Positions 56,565 through 64,000 of a stretch of 64,000 nucleotides of DNA are shown here, one piece after another. The translations under genes were made by a program, and so were the position numbers. Position 1 is the first letter of the stretch, and each line of letters begins with the position of its first letter. The notes under the pieces were generated by a model that worked only from the letters and a program-made list of their open reading frames with translations, was not told where the DNA came from and ran no database searches. The stretch is from Methanobacteriota archaeon (lineage in GTDB: Archaea; Thermoplasmatota; Thermoplasmata; UBA10834), in assembly GCA_020725925.1 (NCBI GenBank), contig DYTN01000003.1, positions 18,591 to 82,590 of the forward strand. The letters are read 5' to 3'.

Positions 56565-57545
56565 TTGCTCATTCCAGTGCTCATTGGCGTCTCGGTCCTT
56601 ACATTCATGATCATGAGGGCTGCGGGGGACCCCGTGACCGCGTACCTGCAGAACCCCGAGAAGGCGACCGAGCAGCAGATTCAGGCCATCATCAAGAAGT
56701 ATCACCTCGACGAGCCGAACTACATACAGTACTGGTACTGGCTGGACGGCATCGTCCACGGGGACTGGGGCATCAGCCAGCAATCCAAGGAACCTGTGAC
56801 TGAGACCCTCGCCAAGAAATTCCCGGCGACATTCGAGCTAGCCCTCGTCGCAACGGCGCTTGCCGTCTCGATCGGCATATCCGTCGGGACAAGGGCGGCG
56901 GTCAGGGTCAACTCTGCCTTCGACCAGGGCACGAGGGTCGTCTCGCTGATAGGTGTCTCGATACCTGTCTTCTGGCTCGGCGTGCTCCTGCTCGCGCTGT
57001 TCTACTATCAGCTCAATTGGGCGCCAGAACCCGGACGGATCGACAAGGAGTTCGACATCGTTCCCAAGTACACGAACTTCATGCTGATTGACAGCGCCCT
57101 GAACCTCAACTTCGACATGTTCGTCAACGCCATCGCCCACCTGGTCCTCCCCGCGATAACCCTGTGCTTCGCCTCGACGGCGATCATCATCAGGATCATG
57201 CGCTCGAGCATGCTCGAGGTGCTCGGTGCTGAGTACGTGAGGACTGCGCGCTCGAAGGGGCTCCCCGAGAATGTCGTCACCCGGAAGCACGCCCGGAGGA
57301 ACGCCCTCATACCGACGACAACCGTGGTCGGCCTGAGCTTCGGCGGACTCCTGGGAGGAGCTATCCTGACTGAGACCATCTTCCTCTGGCCAGGCCTTGG
57401 CCAGTGGAGCGCCGGGGCGGCGCTGAACCTGGACACTGCCGGAATCATGGGCTTCACCATGCTGACGGCGTTCATCTATGTGCTAGCGAACCTGACCGTC
57501 GATCTCATCTACGCCCGCTTGGACCCGAGAGTGAGGTTGGGATAG
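56565..57545 (+). CDS. ABC transporter permease (OppB/DppB-like)
   Basis: TTG start in the track. The true N-terminus probably extends upstream (...YIIRRLLLLIPVLIGVSVLTF is in frame after a TGA), so the start is unresolved. EAA-loop region is present. Confidence 0.82.
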   Translation: MLIPVLIGVSVLTFMIMRAAGDPVTAYLQNPEKATEQQIQAIIKKYHLDEPNYIQYWYWLDGIVHGDWGISQQSKEPVTETLAKKFPATFELALVATALAVSIGISVGTRAAVRVNSAFDQGTRVVSLIGVSIPVFWLGVLLLALFYYQLNWAPEPGRIDKEFDIVPKYTNFMLIDSALNLNFDMFVNAIAHLVLPAITLCFASTAIIIRIMRSSMLEVLGAEYVRTARSKGLPENVVTRKHARRNALIPTTTVVGLSFGGLLGGAILTETIFLWPGLGQWSAGAALNLDTAGIMGFTMLTAFIYVLANLTVDLIYARLDPRVRLG

Positions 57546-57567
57546 GGCCGTCAAGGAGGACAGGGCG

Positions 57568-58557
57568 ATGAATCCATTGAAGGAAGAGAAGTCGGCTCCA
57601 AAGAAGGCGCCAGCTACCCCTGGAAAGGGGAGGGAGGCTCCCACTACCTCCGGTCGATTGCTCGGAGAGGTGAGGCGAGCCCTAGCACCAAGGATCAGGG
57701 AGCTCAAGTTCGACTTCCACCTGATGTCCAGGAGCCTCACCTCGTTGGCGGGCCTGTTCCTCTTGGCGGTCCTCATCGCGGTCGCCGCCTTCCCATGGTT
57801 GCTGACCGAGCCTGCGCCTGGGCGCGACCCCTACCTGCTGCCCTTCGACAGGAACACGCCGGACCCCTTGCCCCCGAGCGCGGACCACCTGTTCGGGACC
57901 GGGAAGTACGGCGCGGACATCTTCTACGGGGTCGTATGGGGCTCGAGGATCTCAATGAGCTTCGCGATCCAGGTCGTCGGCCTGTCCGTCATATTCGGGA
58001 CCATTCTGGGTCTCATCTCTGGGTACAAGGGAGGACTCATCGACGAGGTCATGATGAGGGTGACCGATGTCTTCCTCTCCATACCCTCGCTGGTCCTCGT
58101 TATGGCGATCGCCGCCGCGCTCGGCAAGAACCTCGAGTCCACCAAGCTGGCGCTCATGGCTGTCTGGTGGTCTGGATACACCAGGATCATCAGGGGACAG
58201 GTCCTTTCCGTGCGCGAGAACACGTACATCGATGCCGCAAGGGCCTCTGGCTCCGGCGAGCTCAAGATAATGTTCAGGCACGCGCTGCCCAACTCCTGGC
58301 CACCCGTGCTCGTGGCGGCCACCATGGACATGGGGAGCGTCGTGCTCACGATGGCGGCCCTGAGCTTCCTCGGGCTGGGCGCACAGTCCGGGTACTCCGA
58401 GTGGGGCAAGATGGTCTACGACGGGCAGCAGTACTTCTACCGGGGGGACTGGTGGATGGTCGTCTTCCCAGGCATGGCCATCCTGGTCTTCGTCATGGCG
58501 TTCAACCTCTTGGGCGACGGGCTCAGGGACGTCCTCGACCCGAAGATGAGGAGGTGA
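57568..58557 (+). CDS. ABC transporter permease (OppC/DppC-like)
   Basis: Basic N-terminal extension then the OppC-type TM core (GTGKYGADIFYGVVWGSRISM...). Confidence 0.85.
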   Translation: MNPLKEEKSAPKKAPATPGKGREAPTTSGRLLGEVRRALAPRIRELKFDFHLMSRSLTSLAGLFLLAVLIAVAAFPWLLTEPAPGRDPYLLPFDRNTPDPLPPSADHLFGTGKYGADIFYGVVWGSRISMSFAIQVVGLSVIFGTILGLISGYKGGLIDEVMMRVTDVFLSIPSLVLVMAIAAALGKNLESTKLALMAVWWSGYTRIIRGQVLSVRENTYIDAARASGSGELKIMFRHALPNSWPPVLVAATMDMGSVVLTMAALSFLGLGAQSGYSEWGKMVYDGQQYFYRGDWWMVVFPGMAILVFVMAFNLLGDGLRDVLDPKMRR

Positions 58558-58564
58558 GCTTCCG

Positions 58565-60178
58565 ATGGTTGCCGAAGAGAACCTGCTGGTGGAGTTGGAC
58601 GACCTGTACGTCAACTTCTACACGTACCAGGGCATCGTCAAGGCCATCGATGGCGTCAACCTCGAGATACGCAGGGGCGAGACCCTCGGCCTGGTAGGAG
58701 AGACCGGCTGCGGGAAGAGCGTCACCGCGAGCACGATCATGAAGCTCGTGCTGAGCCCGCCGGGCAAGATCGAGATGGGTAGCATCTATTTCATGGAGCC
58801 GCCCGAGGTCAGGGCGAAGAGGAGCGAGTACGAGGCGAAGGGCCAGGACTGGTACGCCAGGCTCCCGCACGACCACAAGGTGCGGCTCGCGGCATCGCAT
58901 GGGCTGAGGTTCTCGGGCTTCAAGAGGCGGCCCAAGCCGCTCACGAAGAAGGAGCTCGCGGAATTCAAGCCTCCCGAGAAGGCCTCCAACAAACTCCTGG
59001 CATCGTACATGTCCGAGATGGCCAAGAAGGTCCCCAAGGAGGACAAGACCACCCTGGACGCCCTGAAGAAGGCCTTCGACCTGATACCGAAGAGCAACGC
59101 GTACATGCAGAAGATAAGGGGCAAGTGGATCTCCATGATCTTCCAGGAGCCCACGAGCGCCCTGAACCCCGTGTTCACCGCGGGTGACCAGATCTCGGAG
59201 GTCATACTGCTCCACAGGCGCGCCGAGATGGCCAAGGAGGCGCTCGTGCGGATAGAGGCGGAGACGAAGACCGCCGAAACCAAAGGAAGGCCTCACAAGC
59301 TCGCGAAGAAGTCCAAGTCCAAGGAGGGCAACCCCGGAGAGAAGGAGATCCATGCGTGCTCGCACTGCGACGGGCAGGTCGAGCCCGAGGACCCTTGGTG
59401 CAGCAGCTGCGGCGTCCAGTTCTACGGCCCCATCAGGTGGACCCTCCGGAAGCCCTTTGTCAAGACGAGCAGGCGGATGCTCCAGAGGATCGCGAAGAAC
59501 CCGGACGCACCCGAGTTCTTCGTCGGCCGGATCCCGCTGTTCAACCTCTTCAAGAAGGACATGTACAACGAGGCCCTCAGGGAGTCCGTCAGGATGCTCC
59601 GGATCGTGCGCATACCGGACCCTGTGGGGGTGGCCTTCAGGTACCCGTACGAGCTGAGCGGCGGGATGCAGCAGAGGGTCATGATAGCCATCGCCCTGGC
59701 GTGCAACCCGAAGCTCCTCATCGCGGACGAGCCCACCACGGCGCTCGATGTTACGATCCAGGGACAGATCCTGAAGCTCATGAGGGACCTCAAGTCGGAG
59801 TACGGAAGCTCGATCCTGCTCATCACTCACAACCTCGGCGTCGTCGCGGAGATGTGCGACCGAGTGGGGGTCATGTACGCGGGCGCGATGGCCGAGGTCG
59901 CCGCCGCGAGGACGATATTCAAGCTCCCGCTGCACCCGTACACGATGGGCCTGATGAAGGCCGTCCCGTCGGCGCAGATGGACGCCAAGGAGCTCTACAC
60001 GATCAGGGGCACAGTGCCCAACCTCATATTCCCGCCGAGCGGGTGCAGGTTCCACCCGAGGTGCGACTACGCGAAGAAGTACTGCTCGGTGCACAGGCCT
60101 GAGCTCAGGGAGATCGAGCCCGACCACTTCGTCGCATGCCACATGGTGACCAAGGAGGAGGGGTACGTCCATGGCTGA
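58565..60178 (+). CDS. ABC transporter ATPase (OppD/DppD-like) with two roughly 100-aa insertions, the second containing a Cys4 zinc ribbon
   Basis: Walker A GETGCGKS, Q-loop MIFQEP, signature LSGGMQQRV, Walker B LIADEPTTALD, and C-terminal oligopeptide/dipeptide domain. It is 537 aa against the usual 330 or so. The insert carries CSHCDGQ...CSSCG. Confidence 0.85.
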   Translation: MVAEENLLVELDDLYVNFYTYQGIVKAIDGVNLEIRRGETLGLVGETGCGKSVTASTIMKLVLSPPGKIEMGSIYFMEPPEVRAKRSEYEAKGQDWYARLPHDHKVRLAASHGLRFSGFKRRPKPLTKKELAEFKPPEKASNKLLASYMSEMAKKVPKEDKTTLDALKKAFDLIPKSNAYMQKIRGKWISMIFQEPTSALNPVFTAGDQISEVILLHRRAEMAKEALVRIEAETKTAETKGRPHKLAKKSKSKEGNPGEKEIHACSHCDGQVEPEDPWCSSCGVQFYGPIRWTLRKPFVKTSRRMLQRIAKNPDAPEFFVGRIPLFNLFKKDMYNEALRESVRMLRIVRIPDPVGVAFRYPYELSGGMQQRVMIAIALACNPKLLIADEPTTALDVTIQGQILKLMRDLKSEYGSSILLITHNLGVVAEMCDRVGVMYAGAMAEVAAARTIFKLPLHPYTMGLMKAVPSAQMDAKELYTIRGTVPNLIFPPSGCRFHPRCDYAKKYCSVHRPELREIEPDHFVACHMVTKEEGYVHG

Positions 60179-61544
60179 GCTCCCGAAGGCGGACGGCACG
60201 AACCTGTTCGACGTCGTCGGCCTGAAGAAGTACTTCCCCATCAGGGCCGGCCTGCTGAAGAGGCAGGTCGGGGCGGTGAAGGCCGTCGATGATGTCAACT
60301 TCTTCGTCCGCAAGGGCGAGACCCTGGGCCTGGTGGGCGAGAGCGGATGCGGCAAGACGACCGTCGGCCGCGCCATGATGATGCTGACGCCTCCGACCGA
60401 GGGGTACGTGTTCTATTCCACGCCCAGACAGATAGTCAGGGACTTCGCGGAGCTGCTGAGGGTCGTCAGAGGTGTGAACAAGGGCAAGATGTCGCGGGCC
60501 GAGGCCCTCGAGCTCGCCCGGCTCATCGAGAAGATCCTGGGCTCAGGCTCCTGCACGGTCGATGAGGACAAGAAGAGGCAGATCTGCAGGGGCGCCGTTG
60601 CCATCAGAGCGGAGGTCCAGGCGCTCGGACCCGACGAAAAGGTCGGGGGCCGCGAGAGGGCTGTCCAGGACCTGGTCGACGACGCTATGACGGAGATCGT
60701 GGAGCGGTACTGCGTCAACTACAAGCGCAAGGGGGAGGTCAAGAGGCTCAGGGGGAAGATACAGTTCGTGTTCCAGGACCCGTTCTCCTCCCTGGACCCC
60801 AAGATGCTCATCAAGGACATAGTCGCCGAGCCGATAAAGGCGCAGTACAGGTACATCGACAGGCATCGCTGGGCCGCCAAGCCGAACCCGGCAGCCAAGG
60901 ACCGCATGGACAGGCCGTACAAGGTGCGCAAGCCCGAGGTCATCCGCACGCGGGTGATTCAGCTCCTGGAGAAGGTCGGCCTGAACGTGGAGCACATGTA
61001 CAGGTTCCCGCACGAGTTCTCGGGCGGGCAGAGGCAGAGGATAGGCATCGCGAGGGCGCTGTCCGTGGACCCCGAGTTCATCGTCCTGGACGAGCCCACA
61101 TCGGCCCTCGACGTCTCCGTCCAGGCGCAGATCCTGAACATGCTCAACCAGCTCCAGAACGAGTTCGGGCTCACGTTCCTGTTCATCTCCCACGACCTTA
61201 GCACCATCAGGCACATGTGCGACAGGGTGGCGGTCATGTACCTCGGCAAGATAGCGGAGTACGCGGACAAGAACGAGCTCTTCGCCCGCCCGACGCACCC
61301 GTACACCGAGGCCCTCCTCTCAGTCATACCTGTCCCTGACCCGGACCTGAAGAGGGACAGGATCATCCTGCCGGGCGATGTCCCCAGCCCAGCCAACCCG
61401 CCGCCGGGCTGCAGGTTCCACACCAGATGCCCGCTCGCAGTGGGCATATGCAAGGTCGTTGAGCCGCCCCTGATCGACACTGGCGGGGAACACTTCGTGG
61501 CATGCCATGTGCGCGCGCCAGCCCCCGGAATCAAGGCCCAGTGA
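60171..61544 (+). CDS. ABC transporter ATPase (OppF/DppF-like) with a roughly 100-aa insertion
   Basis: Walker A GESGCGKTT, FQDP Q-loop, FSGGQRQRIGIARAL, ILDEPTSALD. It is 457 aa against the usual 330 or so. Confidence 0.85.
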   Translation: MAELPKADGTNLFDVVGLKKYFPIRAGLLKRQVGAVKAVDDVNFFVRKGETLGLVGESGCGKTTVGRAMMMLTPPTEGYVFYSTPRQIVRDFAELLRVVRGVNKGKMSRAEALELARLIEKILGSGSCTVDEDKKRQICRGAVAIRAEVQALGPDEKVGGRERAVQDLVDDAMTEIVERYCVNYKRKGEVKRLRGKIQFVFQDPFSSLDPKMLIKDIVAEPIKAQYRYIDRHRWAAKPNPAAKDRMDRPYKVRKPEVIRTRVIQLLEKVGLNVEHMYRFPHEFSGGQRQRIGIARALSVDPEFIVLDEPTSALDVSVQAQILNMLNQLQNEFGLTFLFISHDLSTIRHMCDRVAVMYLGKIAEYADKNELFARPTHPYTEALLSVIPVPDPDLKRDRIILPGDVPSPANPPPGCRFHTRCPLAVGICKVVEPPLIDTGGEHFVACHVRAPAPGIKAQ

Positions 61545-61617
61545 CGAGGAGAGGCGCCGGGCCGTCCTCGATGCGATAGACAACCCGGCACTGGACGACT
61601 CCCAGGTCCTCCGGATC

Positions 61618-61866
61618 ATGAGGGCGCACCTGCCCTGGAAGGACTGGTTCTATTCGGAATTCCTCAGGTACTGGTTCTGGCTCGGGTTCCTGGCGCTGAA
61701 TACCTTCGCCCTGATGGAACTCGCGAGGGCCTACGGCATCAACGATGCTGTGGGGATCTTCGGGCTCATCCTTCTGTTCGTGCTCCTGGTGGCCCTGGAG
61801 TACAGACTATACAGGCGCCTCTGGCCGGAAGGCGCCCTGACAGGCCTCAAGGAGAGGCGCTGGTGA
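61618..61866 (+). CDS. Small 2-TM hypothetical membrane protein
   Basis: The track ORF (61507) overlaps oppF. There is an internal ATG at MRAHLPWKDWFY, with two hydrophobic helices. Confidence 0.3.
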   Translation: MRAHLPWKDWFYSEFLRYWFWLGFLALNTFALMELARAYGINDAVGIFGLILLFVLLVALEYRLYRRLWPEGALTGLKERRW

Positions 61867-61943
61867 GCCCCCGGACATCTGAGAAACGTTTTTGACCGGG
61901 ACACGCTCCTACTAGCCTAAGGGAGGAGGCCAGGGAAGTACAC

Positions 61944-63590
61944 ATGGAGCCCTATGTCGTAGTCGCGATTGCATGCGCGGCATACACCATCGCAGTCCTT
62001 GCAGGCCTATGGCGGGGATCCTGGAAGAGGCACGAGATATCCCTCTACGGCCCTGTCATGATCGTCCGCACCCACATTGGCCTGAAGCTGATGGGGCGCA
62101 TGGCGGGCGCGCGCAGGTTCTGGGCCGCCTATGGCAGGGTGTCCATCTGGGCTGTGATCGTCACGATGGCCATCACCACCCTGTACCTGGCAGGTCAGGC
62201 CGCCGAGGCCTACTGGGGCACAGGGACGCCTGAGCTGCAGGAGGAGCGGGAGGTGAAGCTCCCTGAGGGACCGTGGGCGGTCGTCCTGGCATACGTCGTA
62301 GTCGGGTTTCTGGTGGCAATCGTTGTCCACGAGTTCGCCCACGGGATCCAGGCGCTCGCCGCGAGGATCAGGCTGAAATCGACCGGCATACTGCTTCTGG
62401 TGATACCGATAGGCGCGTTCGTGGAAACCGACGACAGCGACCTGGACGCAGCTCCCAAGTACAGGCGACTCAGGCTGTACGCCTCCGGACCGGCCACGAA
62501 CCTCTTCACGGCCGCCCTGTGCCTGCTGCTCATCGGAGGGGTCTTGGGGCCCTCGCTGGAGCCCGTCTCGCCAGGCGCGGTCGTCGTCGACGTGGCTGCC
62601 GACTCACCCGCAGCGCTCTTCGGGCTGCCGCCCTGGAGCCAGGTCTTCTCGGTAGAGGGGCAGCCCGTCCTGGACGACCGGGACATGGAGGTCGTCTCTT
62701 TCGCAGAGCCTGGCGAGAGCGTGCGAGTGAGCATATTGTACAAGTCAAAGGAGCTCTCCGTCGCCCTTCCCGGGGGCGTGGTGCTGCACCATGTCTACGA
62801 CGGCCCCGGGTACGACGCAGGGCTCAGGGCGGGCATGATAGTCAGGAACCTAGACGACAGGACGATCAACACCCTCTCCGAGTTCAGGTCCGTCACCGAG
62901 AACGCCAGCCGGGTACAGCCAGTGAACATCACAGTGCTGAGGTATGGAATCGACGACGAAGGGGACATGGATTGGTTCGTGGAGGAGACCAGGATAAAGT
63001 CGGTGAACCTCACATCGAAGTGGCTCTACTACCGGACGCACTTCCCGAACGCGAACAGGGAGGAGTACAGGAACATCAGCTACATGGCCGTGACAGCGAC
63101 CGCCCTCGGAGTCATGGTCCGGGATGCGGACTACGTGGCCGACAGGGTGGCCAGGCCCCTGGAGGGCGTCCGGAGCGGAGGCGGCCTCGTCGACAGCGCC
63201 CGCAGGTTCGTCGCCTTGCCCCTGATAGGGTACTCGCCCGTGGTCTCCCCGGCCTCGGACCTCTATGAGCCCGCGGGCATCCTCGGGTTCGTGCCAGGGG
63301 GATTGTACTGGCCTATCCTGAACGTGCTCTACTGGGTCTTCTGGGCGAGCCTGATGCTCGCGCTTGCGAACGCGCTTCCGGCACTGCCGTTCGACGGAGG
63401 GTATATCCTGAGAGACCTGCTGAGGGAGCTCTCGCACAGATGGGGCCAGAGGTTCACCGGGCTGGACAGGGCAATCGGGAGGAAGCCCTTGACTGATGCC
63501 AGGATCGACGAGGTAGTGTGGTTCGTGTCCGGTGCGGTGATAATGGCTGCGACGATCATCATCATCCTCGAGCTGCTGGCCCCGGCATGA
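61944..63590 (+). CDS. Site-2 protease (peptidase M50) with PDZ domain(s), RseP-like
   Basis: HEFAHG (HExxH), PDZ-like GAVVVDVAADSPAALFGLPPWSQVFSVEG, and the late NALPALPFDGGYIL (LDG motif). Confidence 0.8.
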   Translation: MEPYVVVAIACAAYTIAVLAGLWRGSWKRHEISLYGPVMIVRTHIGLKLMGRMAGARRFWAAYGRVSIWAVIVTMAITTLYLAGQAAEAYWGTGTPELQEEREVKLPEGPWAVVLAYVVVGFLVAIVVHEFAHGIQALAARIRLKSTGILLLVIPIGAFVETDDSDLDAAPKYRRLRLYASGPATNLFTAALCLLLIGGVLGPSLEPVSPGAVVVDVAADSPAALFGLPPWSQVFSVEGQPVLDDRDMEVVSFAEPGESVRVSILYKSKELSVALPGGVVLHHVYDGPGYDAGLRAGMIVRNLDDRTINTLSEFRSVTENASRVQPVNITVLRYGIDDEGDMDWFVEETRIKSVNLTSKWLYYRTHFPNANREEYRNISYMAVTATALGVMVRDADYVADRVARPLEGVRSGGGLVDSARRFVALPLIGYSPVVSPASDLYEPAGILGFVPGGLYWPILNVLYWVFWASLMLALANALPALPFDGGYILRDLLRELSHRWGQRFTGLDRAIGRKPLTDARIDEVVWFVSGAVIMAATIIIILELLAPA

Positions 63591-63686
63591 CCTGGACCCG
63601 ATCCTGCCTCAGAGCAGGCCTACGAAGTTAGGCAATGGGATAATCGAGCACCGATGCCATTGAGATGCCATCAGAAGGCGGTTCAG

Positions 63687-64000
63687 ATGCCGAAGCGGAA
63701 GATCATAGAGATCGACGAGGACAAGTGTAATGGCTGCGGGGCGTGCGTCACGGGTTGCGCAGAGGGCGCGCTCGCAATCGTCGACGGCAAGGCGAAGGTC
63801 GTGAACGACGTGTTCTGTGACGGGCTGGGGGCCTGCATTGGGGAGTGCCCCGAGGGGGCGCTCAGGATCGTCGAGCGCGAGGCTCCTGAGTTCGACGAGG
63901 AGGCGGTGGAGAAGCACCTCGCGAAGGCCCAGGCGAAGAAGCCCGCGGAACCAGTAGGTCTGGAGCCCTGCGGCTGTCCCTCGCACAACCCGATGATACT
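63687..64000 (+). CDS. 4Fe-4S dicluster domain protein, 3'-truncated by the window end
   Basis: [29 protein letters not shown]...[16 protein letters not shown], plus a CGCPSH motif. There is no stop before nt 64000. Confidence 0.55.
   Translation, partial: MPKRKIIEIDEDKCNGCGACVTGCAEGALAIVDGKAKVVNDVFCDGLGACIGECPEGALRIVEREAPEFDEEAVEKHLAKAQAKKPAEPVGLEPCGCPSHNPMI

Noticed and set aside
1-64000. Mobile elements, prophage, CRISPR arrays, defence islands
   Set aside because: No integrase, transposase, recombinase, Cas, restriction-modification or toxin-antitoxin signatures and no repeat-spacer arrays were seen. GC and gene density are uniform across the window.

Overview
This is a GC-rich (about 60-65%) archaeal chromosomal segment, densely packed with roughly 60 genes on both strands. 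I see no integrase, transposase, CRISPR array or prophage signature. Archaeal hallmarks include Alba, isopentenyl phosphate kinase, an archaeosine synthase-like protein, ABCE1, Pelota, PyrB/PyrI, a stand-alone 5S rRNA gene not linked to 16S/23S, and TATA-like AT-rich boxes 25-35 bp upstream of starts. Many genes overlap by four bases (ATGA/GTGA). The gene content points to a peptide/amino-acid-fermenting lifestyle: an Opp/Dpp-type ABC importer, M3 oligoendopeptidase, D-aminoacylase, C45 Ntn-hydrolase, indolepyruvate:ferredoxin oxidoreductase IorAB, and an AOR-family protein with a ferredoxin. Other notable content is a larE-larB pair (nickel-pincer cofactor), a cbiMQO ECF metal transporter, a tusA-dsrE-like-dsrH-dsrE-dsrF sulfur-relay cluster, and two very large N-glycosylation-sequon-rich surface proteins. 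One of these is a 1676-aa integrin-like (FG-GAP plus PKD) single-pass receptor whose cytoplasmic tail resembles a Roadblock/LC7 domain. It sits divergently from a site-2 protease that is interrupted by an in-frame TAG. The other large surface protein ends in a PEF-CTERM sorting signal. A second S2P with PDZ domains follows the Opp operon. Because of the high GC, the six-frame track contains many long spurious antisense ORFs, which I ignored. Coordinates of internal start codons are approximate (about ±3 nt).
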